From positions 896,001-960,000 of the forward strand of contig CM000433.1 of the NCBI GenBank assembly GCA_000165345.1: a DNA stretch of 64,000 bases. Reading direction: 5' to 3'. The notes beneath the pieces are model-generated. The model did not search any database. It had not been told where the DNA came from and saw only the letters and a program-made list of their open reading frames with translations. The position numbers were made by a program, and so were the translations under genes. Shown piece by piece: positions 10,564 through 21,061 of the stretch (within the stretch, counting starts at the first letter, position 1; each line of letters begins with the position of its first letter).

Positions 10564-11679
10564 TCAATAATCCATAAAGTCTAAATATGATTCAGTAAAA
10601 TTTTCTTTGTTAGATTTAACAATTATTTCATTAGAAATAGTAAAGTTTAATCCTGTAACAATATTTACTTCATTATCATAAAAATATTTTAATTCTTTAA
10701 CTTGACCCAAAGGAACTCCTACTGTGAAGTTCGACTCCAAAAAATCCAAAGTAACTAAAGCTGGGGAATACATTAGATATGCAGGAATATGTTTGATATT
10801 TGGGTAAACAACTATAGGAGTACTGCTAAAATGCTTTACTAGAAATTCCAATGCGGGAGGAAAAGGAACTACATCGTCTTTCATTCCCCAGAAGAAGATT
10901 ATTTTAAAAGTATTTTCGTATTTGGATAATCTTTCAAAATCCAAATGTCTGTCAAATAAGTTGCCATCTCCGCCTGATTTAATATATGTTGAGAACATTT
11001 GGTGAAAAACGTTCGTAGTGGCTTTTTTTTCTTCTTTAGTTTGTTTTCCCAATTTAACATATCCCAATTTGGAGGCGCAATAAAATCCACATCTAAACAC
11101 TCTTTTAGAATTGTGAATGTTCTTAATGGCACTAACAAGAGAAGAATTTGATAATCTGTATAATTTTGGAAAATCATATTTTGTCATTATTCCAGGTGGG
11201 CACATTGGTATTAAGTTACTAATATGATCCGGGTGTTCTAATGCATAATTGATAATGATTAATCCTCCCATTGAAACACCTAATAATGAAATCTTCTCTA
11301 CAGCTTTATTATCACTATCAACCCACCCAACATGTTTAAGCAATTCATTTAATTGATCAACAAATCTTTTTTGTGAGAAAAAACCAGGAAGTTTCCATTC
11401 AGTGTTAGCATGTCCTAATAAATCATAGGTTAAAACTTGATAACCAGTATGAGAAAATATACACCTCCAATTATCAAATTGGGTTGAAGCTGCTAACAAA
11501 CCATGTACCATTACAATTCTTTTTTTTTGTTCTTCTTTAGTTATAGTATAAAAAGTTCTTCCGGATTTCAAATCTGCAAAATCAGATTTAATTACACAGG
11601 AGGAGCCTTGATAGAAGCAAAGTGTAATAAAACAGATTAATGTGATTACGTATTTCAAGTTCATTTTTGCCAAATTCAA
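10564..11679 (-). CDS. Secreted alpha/beta-hydrolase (lipase/esterase-like)
   Basis: 371-aa ORF with an N-terminal signal peptide. The HG oxyanion motif (VMVHGLL) and the nucleophile elbow G-x-S-x-G (LLGVSMGGLI) are both present. The spacing is typical of the alpha/beta-hydrolase fold. Confidence 0.8.
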   Translation of the reverse strand: MNLAKMNLKYVITLICFITLCFYQGSSCVIKSDFADLKSGRTFYTITKEEQKKRIVMVHGLLAASTQFDNWRCIFSHTGYQVLTYDLLGHANTEWKLPGFFSQKRFVDQLNELLKHVGWVDSDNKAVEKISLLGVSMGGLIIINYALEHPDHISNLIPMCPPGIMTKYDFPKLYRLSNSSLVSAIKNIHNSKRVFRCGFYCASKLGYVKLGKQTKEEKKATTNVFHQMFSTYIKSGGDGNLFDRHLDFERLSKYENTFKIIFFWGMKDDVVPFPPALEFLVKHFSSTPIVVYPNIKHIPAYLMYSPALVTLDFLESNFTVGVPLGQVKELKYFYDNEVNIVTGLNFTISNEIIVKSNKENFTESYLDFMDY

Positions 11680-12573
11680 GACCTTAATTGATTTTTTAAT
11701 ATATTTACTTAATTATATACTTTGAATCTAAATGCAGGACCAAATAACTAAATACAAAAACTTTAGGAAATTAAAAAAAGCTAATAAAGGAGTATTATTA
11801 GAATTTCTTTCCACTAAATTTATATGGTTGCAAAAAGTAGAAAACAAGTATCGGAGAAGCCCGCCAAAGCTATCTTTTTCTATGTAATTCGTGAAATTTA
11901 ATATTTACAAAATATTACAAGGCAAATATTTTACTTTTTTCAAATAAAGTTATTTTTTCAATATTAAGAATTAGAGTTACTTAGTCTCATTACCCAATAG
12001 AGATTAAACAATAAGGATGTTTTATTTTGTTTTTCTTTCAAAAATACTATCGGTTTTTTTTTTTCTTATGGGAAAAGAATTAATTTGTAATTAATTAAGC
12101 CTTTCTAACTCTTTGAAAATTGAAAGATAATACACGAAAATATTTGTTATTATTTAAAAGTTGAGAGATGTAATATTGCTTTTGAATATTCTAATAATAT
12201 ACTTAGTAACTAAATAAATGAGCAGATTATGTTTTTAAGTTATTATGATAGTTAATAGAAAATATTTTGTAATTTTTCTTGTTTAAAACTACTACATTAT
12301 TGTTTTTATTAATATTTCTATTTTTAGATTTATCAAGCATAGAATGACTTTTTTTTTTGTAATAATCTAGTTAAATTGAGTTAAACACAACACACAAGAT
12401 ATTCCTAACCTTTTGAAAATACTGGAATTGGATTCAAATATATTTTTTCCTAATTTTTTTCATTTTTTTTTTTTTTTTTTTTTGCAATAATATGCAAAGT
12501 TAAAATTTATATTTTTTTTTACTTATATATAGCGGTAAAAAAAAATTGTATTACGTGTTTGCATGAATGTACT

Positions 12574-12622
12574 TTACCGCCAAATGTCATGCTTAGAGTA
12601 ACTCATGCATCGCGACAACGCG
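12574..12622. promoter_or_regulatory. E2F-like and CGCG motif cluster in the 1.6-kb bidirectional spacer between the hydrolase (-) and RING-membrane (+) genes
   Basis: tttaccgccaaatgtcatgc...catgcatcgcgacaacgcg. A 20-nt poly(T) run lies nearby at 12464..12483. Confidence 0.4.
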
Positions 12623-13286
12623 TAAAATAAAGTACCAGGATAAATAAAGTAATAGGAAAAGGTAATAAAAAGCAGCATAATTAAATGGAATAAAAGGTAG
12701 AATTGAGATCAAAAAAAAGCATTAGGAAAAGACAAGAAAAATTAGTATTGGAAAAAAAAAAAATTACTTTTTGTTTTAATAAATCCGATTTTAAGCATTA
12801 ATTAAGTAATAATTAAGAAGAGAGTATAAAAGATTAGGTGATCTTTGGAGGAATTACGACAAATTAAGTTGAGAAAACATTTTTGAAACTCTGATAAAAC
12901 GATCACATGAATATTGTAAATAATTAAATTGAACTATAAATATAAATAGTGAAAAAAAAGGTGCCTTGCTTCATATTACAATAAAGAATACTGATTAAGA
13001 CAAAAATTAATCACTAAATTCAATAGAAGAGAGATATTTAGTATATTTGAAGTAAAAACTTAAAATAAAGATTAATATAAATATATATATTATATATATA
13101 AATTTATATTTTTATATGTGCAGAACAGCATAAATAATAAGGTATATATAAATATATACTTAAATATTTTCATATTTATTTATATATTATATAGAGAGAT
13201 GCAAAATTCATTAGAAATTTCTACAGAGGAAGTTGGTATAATGAGAAATAATGGCTTTGTTACAGAAGAGGAACAGAATCACTTAA

Positions 13287-15303
13287 ATGAAAGTTTTGGG
13301 TTCGAGGAATGAAGAAAATATAGAGTTAACTGAGAATCAAAGAGTTATAAGAAATTCTCAAAATGAAGAAAACTCAAGTAATCTAGTTAATAGACAACAA
13401 AATAACTTGGAAGGTACAAGATTAATAAAATTATTGAGAAAATATGCAGAAAAAGTGCGTGAGTGTTTAATACAACTTGAATATAATTCAAGAGCACAAC
13501 TTCCATTAATCAAGTTTGTTCTGAGAATCTTCATTATCTTATCTTTAACAATTCTACCTCTAATTAACGAAATCCACTCAGTTACTCCTCTTTTGTCAGT
13601 TTTTCTAAGAGAAAGTGATTGGTTTCTAATTCCAATGTCAATGAATAAACATGCAATTAACAATGACTTGTTATTAAGAATAAATCAGCATGAATATAAT
13701 ATGTTATTACAAAAGAAAAACTATCAACAAAGAATTAACCATAGTATTTTTCCAGGATTATTGAATCCCTATGATGATAACGGACTTTTTTCACAGAATT
13801 TAAAACCAAAAAAGTCAAAAAATAACTCAAATGTGTGCATTAATAGGGATGCCCGCCTTTTGATTTCAAAAGAGACTAGTTTAAATTATGAGCATTTGTC
13901 ACTATTAGTACCGACTATTTGGTGTCCAATATCTAATTTGAATAATGAATTTAATCAAGTGATTTATAATACAAGAAGAGAAGGGCAGAGCAGAAAGGTC
14001 AAGATATTATATATGAACAAGGATCAAAATACACGAAATAATATTCTGGGATTAACTTCTTTGAAGATGCATAAAAATACATATAGATATAGACCAACCA
14101 AAATTTTTAAGATTATCTCTACTTCTTTTGTAATTATAAGATGGTTTATGTTAATTTCAAGAATGGTTATGCAGCTTTGGAGTTTTAATACATTTTTTCC
14201 AAACACTGGAAATAGTAATAATATTAATAGTATTGCACAATTTCAGTTTATCCAAGAATTTAAGTCATTGGTTTCTTTTAGCATCTTCTATATTTGGTCA
14301 TTATCATGTGTATACTTATTATTTGGGCTTACAACCAGTAAATGCAGTATTTTTCCAAAAATTGCAATACATGAGAAAGTACAATGGCTACTTTGGAATT
14401 TGTGTACTAATTACTACAATTTGTTTCTATGCTACTAGGTTACCATACTTTGACTATCAAGAAGACTCTAATAATTCAAACTCTTCTGGTTCTAGTAGTT
14501 CTGTAAATAATAATAATAATAATCAATTAGAAGAAGAAAATTATCGCTTAAAGAAAAGGAAAATTTTTATCCAACATATCCTCTCAGTGATTTCTTGTTG
14601 TGGATTTGGATTTTCATTAAGTGGTAGTGTCCTTTTACTATCTACAAGAATTACTAGTCCTTGGGTTAATTCTTGCTTTATTACAATTATCTCACAATCT
14701 TTAGACCTCCTATTAAGAGGTTATTTGGGGCTTATTATTGATCATCATAGCTTTGAAGAAAAAAAGATCAGATATTATAAATATGTATTTCCTTCATACC
14801 TTTTAAAAGATGAAGAGAAGATCCATTGCAATAATAATGGCCAAAGAGAGTGGGTTGTAAAGTGTAACTATAACTCCCAACCTCCTCCTTTAATCTTTAA
14901 GCATTCTTTTATTTCAATCAGTTTAACCAAAATATCATCCACATTCTTTTCACTTAATAACTTCTCTAATAATGAAGAACAAACAGATTCTCAATCAAAT
15001 AATGCTTCTCAAACAACTAATTGTATGATATGTTATGAAAATCCAAGTAATATAGTTTTTTCTCCATGTTTACATAGTGGAATATGCGATAATTGTATAG
15101 ATGAACTAATGAAGTGGACAGTATGTAAATTAAAGAAAATTCCATGCTGTCACCTTTGCCGTTCACCTATTGAAATTGCATGGCAACTTAATCCTAATGA
15201 ATCCAATTCTAATGAAAATAATTACTTTTCTGAGAAATGCACTGAAGTTATTTATCCCAAGTTACAAATTTATGATGATTCTAATGAAAAGAGCAACTTA
15301 TAA
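13287..15303 (+). CDS. Polytopic membrane protein with a C-terminal C3HC4 RING finger (membrane-anchored E3 ligase-like); two exons
   Basis: Exons are 13287..14214 and 14282..15303. The intron 14215..14281 (67 nt) has a GTAATA donor and a TTTCTTTTAG acceptor. It joins the frame-0 ORF to the frame-1 ORF with no stop, and its length is 1 mod 3 as the frame change requires. There are several hydrophobic segments. The C-terminus reads CMICYENPSNIVFSPCLHSGICDNC...CCHLCRSPI. The architecture parallels the paralogue at 18342..20534. Confidence 0.55.
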
Positions 15304-15693
15304 AATTCAGAATCATTTATACTAATTTTATTTATAATTATACTTCTTTTTTCATATACTAATATTATTTATCAAATAAGTCAAGAATTACTATATTTTA
15401 TTAATCAAGGGACAGATATAAAAAAAATAAAAACTGAGCATAAAGCTGTTCGTCATTTTTTTTTATTAATAATAATATTAAATTATAATTTACCAATATA
15501 TACTTTTTTCCAAATTCAATTATTTTTTTTTTTTCTTTATTATTTATTGGTATTAACACTTTCTCATTTACTTAATATTATTATTTCCACATAAAAAATT
15601 TCCCAACTAGTAATTTTAATACCGGCATTTAAAAAATGACGTGTGTAATATTTAACAAATTTTGCATGCAACTTTTAAAGAAAATCAGAATTT

Positions 15694-17430
15694 TTATGGA
15701 ATTGCAAAAATATGTATAGATTGGTCCTTATGTAAGCATTTTGGTGATTGTCTGTTTTTCTTCTTCATTTTATCTGAAACTGTTACAATCATATTATCAG
15801 AAATGAAAGAAACTCCTTCAACGTTACAATATTTAAAGTCACAAACATGGTCTCTTGGGAAATAATAGACCCGCCCATTGGGAAGTAGTTGAATCTTATC
15901 AGGATCCAAATATTCTCCGTCTCCATAATCTATTTCTCCAATCCATATACTTGAGTCTTCCTGTGAAGTTATTGCTACTTTATTACCTCTTACATCAATT
16001 GATGAGTAATCTTGAAAATTAGCTTCTTTAGGAATGTTAATCATCCTAACTGATTTCCATATGCATTTTGATTTTAAACTATTCATATCACTATTAATTG
16101 TATCCCCAGTTGTTAATTCTGTTGTTTTATTTATATATTCCTTCTTCATTAAAATGAGTCTTCCATTTCCATATTCTTCTCCTTTCATTTCTCCCATACA
16201 AAAATTGCCTTCGCAAAGTCCCAATAAATAAAAATCACCATTTCGCGTTCTTAGTCCTATTGCTCCCTCAAATCCTTTGTTATCAAAATCAAACTTATGT
16301 TCTGCAGTGCATGTTTCTAAAACTTCATATGACTCAACATTATTCACCTTTACTAATGCTAATTCAATAATATGTGAATGATAATGCCTAGAAGAATTAT
16401 GATTTTCGTCTTTTAAGTTCTTTGAAAAATCTTTATATAATTTTAATTCTTCTAAATCATGTGGTATTGATTCTCTGATTACAAATAAATGCCCTGTAAT
16501 ATCATCCCTTACAATTGCTTCCCACTGTGAATCCTCAGTATTTGGATCAGTTCCTAATAAAAGTGTATTAATATCCAAAGGATTTCCACCTGATGTTGTT
16601 GTTTGCATATTTAATAGTTTATTTGAATGTGAAAAAGGAGTTAAGCTTAATCCAAATTTTCCAATAGTCCAAGAATTATCACAAACTACCCACATTTCTT
16701 CATTAAAAACTTTAACATCACTTGCTTCAAATTTTCTTATATTCAAAGTATCTTTGGGTAAGGCAAAATATGAAAGTTCATAAACCAGTTTTAATACTTT
16801 CTTTGTGTAATCCTTGTCATTACATATATCATTTTCTGCTGCTCTTTTATTTATACCATAAGTGTTATAATGACTTCCAAATACTGAATTCACTACATCT
16901 AACGTTGTATTTCCTCCTAAATTGATAACATCTTTAATTATATGATCATTATCTTTCTTAGTTACATTGCCATTAATATCTATTACTGAGCTTCTATTTG
17001 TCACTCTTTCACTATCCCCTAAAATTAATGAACCTGTTTTATTTTGTTCCATATTTGACATTTGAGTTGAATTTACTATTTGTTTCACATTTTTATTCTC
17101 ATAATTATTATAAGCTCTTCCCTCATGTTTCTTCTTTAAAAGTAGAGCATTTTCAAGCATTTCCTTTCTCAATTCTATTCTATTTTTAACTGGTAATTTT
17201 ATTAGTACTAGTAAGCTAATAAAAGCAGCCAATATAACTAAAAATCTTAATATAGATGAAAACTTCTTATTACCTAAATTAAAATACTCATTAAAGAGAT
17301 TATTACTGACATTTCTATTATTAGTATTGGAATTTTGATTATCTGAAATATTAAAGTAGTTATTACTAAATCTTCCCAATGAAATATAATCACTTTCAAT
17401 TTTGTTATCAAAGTTATTATACATATCCAT
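15694..17430 (-). CDS. Hypothetical type II (signal-anchor) membrane protein with a large C-terminal lumenal/extracellular domain
   Basis: 578-aa ORF starting at an ATG. It has a single hydrophobic segment (ILRFLVILAAFISLLVLIKLPV) after an N/S-rich cytosolic N-terminus. No recognisable catalytic motif. Confidence 0.6.
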   Translation of the reverse strand: MDMYNNFDNKIESDYISLGRFSNNYFNISDNQNSNTNNRNVSNNLFNEYFNLGNKKFSSILRFLVILAAFISLLVLIKLPVKNRIELRKEMLENALLLKKKHEGRAYNNYENKNVKQIVNSTQMSNMEQNKTGSLILGDSERVTNRSSVIDINGNVTKKDNDHIIKDVINLGGNTTLDVVNSVFGSHYNTYGINKRAAENDICNDKDYTKKVLKLVYELSYFALPKDTLNIRKFEASDVKVFNEEMWVVCDNSWTIGKFGLSLTPFSHSNKLLNMQTTTSGGNPLDINTLLLGTDPNTEDSQWEAIVRDDITGHLFVIRESIPHDLEELKLYKDFSKNLKDENHNSSRHYHSHIIELALVKVNNVESYEVLETCTAEHKFDFDNKGFEGAIGLRTRNGDFYLLGLCEGNFCMGEMKGEEYGNGRLILMKKEYINKTTELTTGDTINSDMNSLKSKCIWKSVRMINIPKEANFQDYSSIDVRGNKVAITSQEDSSIWIGEIDYGDGEYLDPDKIQLLPNGRVYYFPRDHVCDFKYCNVEGVSFISDNMIVTVSDKMKKKNRQSPKCLHKDQSIHIFAIP

Positions 17431-17900
17431 AGCTTTCTGTTTTACTTCTACTACTATTTTATGTAATTAATATTATTCTTTTTAAATTTCATGAAATGAT
17501 GCCAATTAAATTATTTATCTATGTTAAATCCGTTTAAATTTAAGAAATTATATAACTTGAATTGATATAACCCTTTAATTGTATAGGCACACACACATTT
17601 ATTAATATTTAAATGATCATTTAGCTTGAATTTAAAAAAAAACAAACATTAATATTTTTGATCTATTCGCAAACTTTTTTTTTTATTTTGCATATTTGCA
17701 TATAATCACATTTTCCCCTCATTTTTTTGATTATCCTACTCAAAAACAAATAGAAAAACTTAGATTAATCATAAAGACACTAACACAACCTGAAAACTAT
17801 CTAAAATACTAGCTATGCGCACTATGATCAATCATATATTATCTTATTTATATTCAATTTAACTTTTATATGGTATCGAGTGAACAAAAATTATTCCAAT

Positions 17901-17945
17901 ATTGCCGCCAAAACAGCCTCATGTACATGTGACTTTGGCGGTAAA
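17901..17945. promoter_or_regulatory. Paired E2F-like sites (TTGCCGCCAAAA and TTTGGCGGTAAAA) in the bidirectional spacer between 15694(-) and 18342(+)
   Basis: attgccgccaaaacagcctcatgtacatgtgactttggcggtaaaa. The two sites are in inverted orientation. Confidence 0.45.
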
Positions 17946-18341
17946 ATTGCCTGGTCAAAGGGTGCATATATTTAAATTAAATTGATCAAGACTCACAAAT
18001 ATAAAATGGGTAAACAGTGAAATAGGTGTCAGTTTTTGTTTTTAAAAAATTGGGGAAAAAGAACTTATAATATTATTTTTTTTTGGTTCATTAGTAAGAT
18101 TGATAAATTAATAATTTATAGAGATCTTTTTTCTCTCATTCTAATTTAATAAAATTCAAGTGAAAATAATAGCAATTTACAAAAAGGATCAAAGTTATTT
18201 TACGTTAAAATAATTAAGATGAAAAATATAATAAAAATATGTATAACCGTATTTTAATTATATGCTCAGTAAATTAGAAAATTGAAGTATTTTTTTCTGA
18301 ATTCAACTAAATAATAAAAAAAAAGAATTTTTGGAGTTGAA

Positions 18342-20534
18342 ATGAGAAACGAAAATGGTATTGCTAATTCTAGTCAAAAGCTAACCTTAGGCAAACATGT
18401 TTTGCGCGCCACTTTGATTCTCACAATATTACTACCATTTATCTTGGAGATATATTATTTGATACCTAATTTTGTTTCGTTTTATTCAGGAAAAGAATGG
18501 GTAAGAGTATTACTTGATGAAAACCAAAATAATGATTTGAGAACAATAAGCAAATCAAACTCAACAGAAAGCAATGTAATGGATAGGATGGCAGTAGATA
18601 AGAATGACAATATATTGATAATGTTAATCAAGAATCCAATTTCTCACATAGTAATTCAAGATGTGTTTTTGGATAAGAGTGTGTCAGAAAATAGTTTGAA
18701 AAAAAGTATAAGAATACCAAAAACAAGGGGAGTAAAGAATTATTCTTCAAGAAGTAAAAAAGAATTAAGTGGAGATAGACTTTTAGTAAGAAAAGATAAT
18801 TGTAACTGCCCAGCATTGGAAAATTCATTTTCAAATATAGTAGAGAATGAAAATGGCGAATTTTATTCATTAATGCTTGATGGTCAAAATAGTGTGAATA
18901 ATCCAATATTAATACAGGTGATATCTCTAATATTATTATTGTTTAGATGGGTCATATTATTAATGTATATAGTGGCTCAGCTTTTTCTTCCAATAAAAGC
19001 TGTAAGACAGATAGTAAACAAGAAGTTATTAAGGTCTAGTGCAATATCAGTTTTTTATGTTACAAGTATATCTCTATCTTTAACCATAGTTGGTTTAGAA
19101 GGTAAAGATTGCATAAGTTGGTGGTTTCTTGGATCTTCTCCAGAATATATATTGTTGATACAAGTTTTTGTTTGGTTAATAGCTAGTGTTTGTATTTTTC
19201 TATATTTGGTTCAATACTTTTTAGAAATAGTTTTGAATGTATCTAGAAGATACAAATTGTTGAATGACTTCATAACAACATCTATTTTTATTCCAGCAGG
19301 ATTACTGATAATCGTTTCAATAAGCTTGTGTATTCTGGGAATAATTAAACCATGGATATTTATGGCTTGGCTAACAACAGCAGTAACTGAGTTTGAGAAA
19401 AATTTAAGAATATTAGCAAAAGTTTATGATGAAGAATTTCCATTAGAAGCAGAAACAAGTTGGAGTAGAAATTCTATTTTTTTCAATAGAACAAACAGTA
19501 ATAATGTCAGAGAAGAGCATAAAAATGAAATTAGCGTAGTAGAATTAAGAGAAGATTCCAATGATGATAAATCTGAAAAAATGAAAGAAAATAACTCAAA
19601 ATTAAATACTAGAAGAGAAAATGATATTTTAATAATACCCATTAGTAATTCATACTTTAAAATATTGGATTATAGCCTTGATAATTTTTGTACAAAGTTA
19701 TGTTTATGGTACATAACTCAGCATAATGAAGCAGATAACAAGCTAGTTTCTAGAATTGAGTTAGAGGAACATTCAAATAAGAACTCACTAAAAATATTCG
19801 AATTTTCAATAACAGATTTTGTTAGGAATTTGGATTTAGAGGAAAAAGGTATAGATAAAAATTCGTCAAGAATATGCCTAACAAAAGTTAAATCATCATC
19901 ATCAGACTCGACAGTTTCTAGAATCAATTCATTTCATACAGAAAATATGAGTGAAAATACAAATAGTCAATTTATTTGTAATATATGTTTCCTGGATTTT
20001 GATTCAATAATTATTTTTTCACCATGTGGGCATGGAGGTGTATGTTTAGAATGCCTTGGAGATTATATATCGAACAATTTCAAGTTAAAACAACATCCAA
20101 AATGCCACATATGTCGGGAAGATATTTCAAAAATGATAGAGATTCAAAAGGGTAAGGAACAAATTAGTCAAGATAAGTATATATTTGAAGAGGCAAGAAG
20201 CTTTGAGACAACTCTAAGCAATAAAGTGAATTCGATTAATGAAAATAATGTGAATGACATTCATTTAATTTCAAATACTAAATTAATTGCTGAAATTTCT
20301 TGTAATTCAAGAAATAGTAATTCCTCAAGTTATAGTAGAAGTTCCAGCTCTGTATCTAATCGAGATTCAAATTCAAGCATTATTACTCTTAAAATATCAA
20401 GAAAGAATTCAGATTTATGGTCACATCCACGTATTAAAGAATTTATTAGCGATAATGAAACTAATAAATTAAAAACTTGGGTTCGTAGTCATTTTACTCG
20501 ATTTTTTACTAATTCAAATAGAAGATTAAGCTAA
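18342..20534 (+). CDS. Polytopic membrane protein with a C-terminal C3HC4 RING finger (paralogue of 13287..15303)
   Basis: 730-aa single-exon ORF starting at an ATG. At least four hydrophobic helices lie in residues about 190-340. The C-terminus reads CNICFLDFDSIIIFSPCGHGGVCLECL...HPKCHICREDI, the same RING subtype and position as the 13287 gene. Confidence 0.7.
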   Translation: MRNENGIANSSQKLTLGKHVLRATLILTILLPFILEIYYLIPNFVSFYSGKEWVRVLLDENQNNDLRTISKSNSTESNVMDRMAVDKNDNILIMLIKNPISHIVIQDVFLDKSVSENSLKKSIRIPKTRGVKNYSSRSKKELSGDRLLVRKDNCNCPALENSFSNIVENENGEFYSLMLDGQNSVNNPILIQVISLILLLFRWVILLMYIVAQLFLPIKAVRQIVNKKLLRSSAISVFYVTSISLSLTIVGLEGKDCISWWFLGSSPEYILLIQVFVWLIASVCIFLYLVQYFLEIVLNVSRRYKLLNDFITTSIFIPAGLLIIVSISLCILGIIKPWIFMAWLTTAVTEFEKNLRILAKVYDEEFPLEAETSWSRNSIFFNRTNSNNVREEHKNEISVVELREDSNDDKSEKMKENNSKLNTRRENDILIIPISNSYFKILDYSLDNFCTKLCLWYITQHNEADNKLVSRIELEEHSNKNSLKIFEFSITDFVRNLDLEEKGIDKNSSRICLTKVKSSSSDSTVSRINSFHTENMSENTNSQFICNICFLDFDSIIIFSPCGHGGVCLECLGDYISNNFKLKQHPKCHICREDISKMIEIQKGKEQISQDKYIFEEARSFETTLSNKVNSINENNVNDIHLISNTKLIAEISCNSRNSNSSSYSRSSSSVSNRDSNSSIITLKISRKNSDLWSHPRIKEFISDNETNKLKTWVRSHFTRFFTNSNRRLS

Positions 20535-21061
20535 AATAGTAATTATTATAATTTTTATAATTTCTTTTATTTTCCCTCCCCTCATGCATTTATTTGCATG
20601 GCTTACATGCAAATAATTCTTTCCACAACAAGCTCCCGCCATACGTGTAAAATACCGGTATCTAAAATTATTGTAAATAATACACACGTAATACGAAAAA
20701 AATAATTTTAGGGAATTAAAAAATTTGATTCCCTATATGAATTTCTTTTTTTTTAAATAAATTATTCAAGACGAATTTCAAAGAATATTCTTGAGGAATT
20801 TTATACAAATTATAAAGAAACCAATGAAAATAATTAAATTCATATAAAGTTTAATTTAAGGAAAAAAAAATATACGATTTTTGGAATATTAATAGACTTG
20901 GATTTGATTCATGTTGTCTTATAACAGAGTTAAATGTGGTGATTATACATTAAGCTTTTATGATTCTAAGTAAACCTTTTTTTATAGTTAGGTAAGAAAA
21001 AATTTAGCCTTCAATTCAAGATTGTGGGGAAGTTTAAAATAAGAACCTCCATACCAAGAAG

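Noticed and set aside
13118-13312. 64-aa ORF just upstream of the RING-membrane gene, considered as a possible 5' exon
   Set aside because: It is in a different frame, and an in-frame TAA sits immediately before the ATG at 13287. No usable donor-acceptor pair connects them.
14215-14246. 32-nt GTAATA...TTTCAG mini-intron as the link between the two ORFs of the RING-membrane gene
   Set aside because: Its length is 2 mod 3, so it does not convert frame 0 to frame 1, and it is shorter than any other intron here. The same donor paired with the TTTCTTTTAG acceptor at 14281 (67 nt) gives the correct frame.
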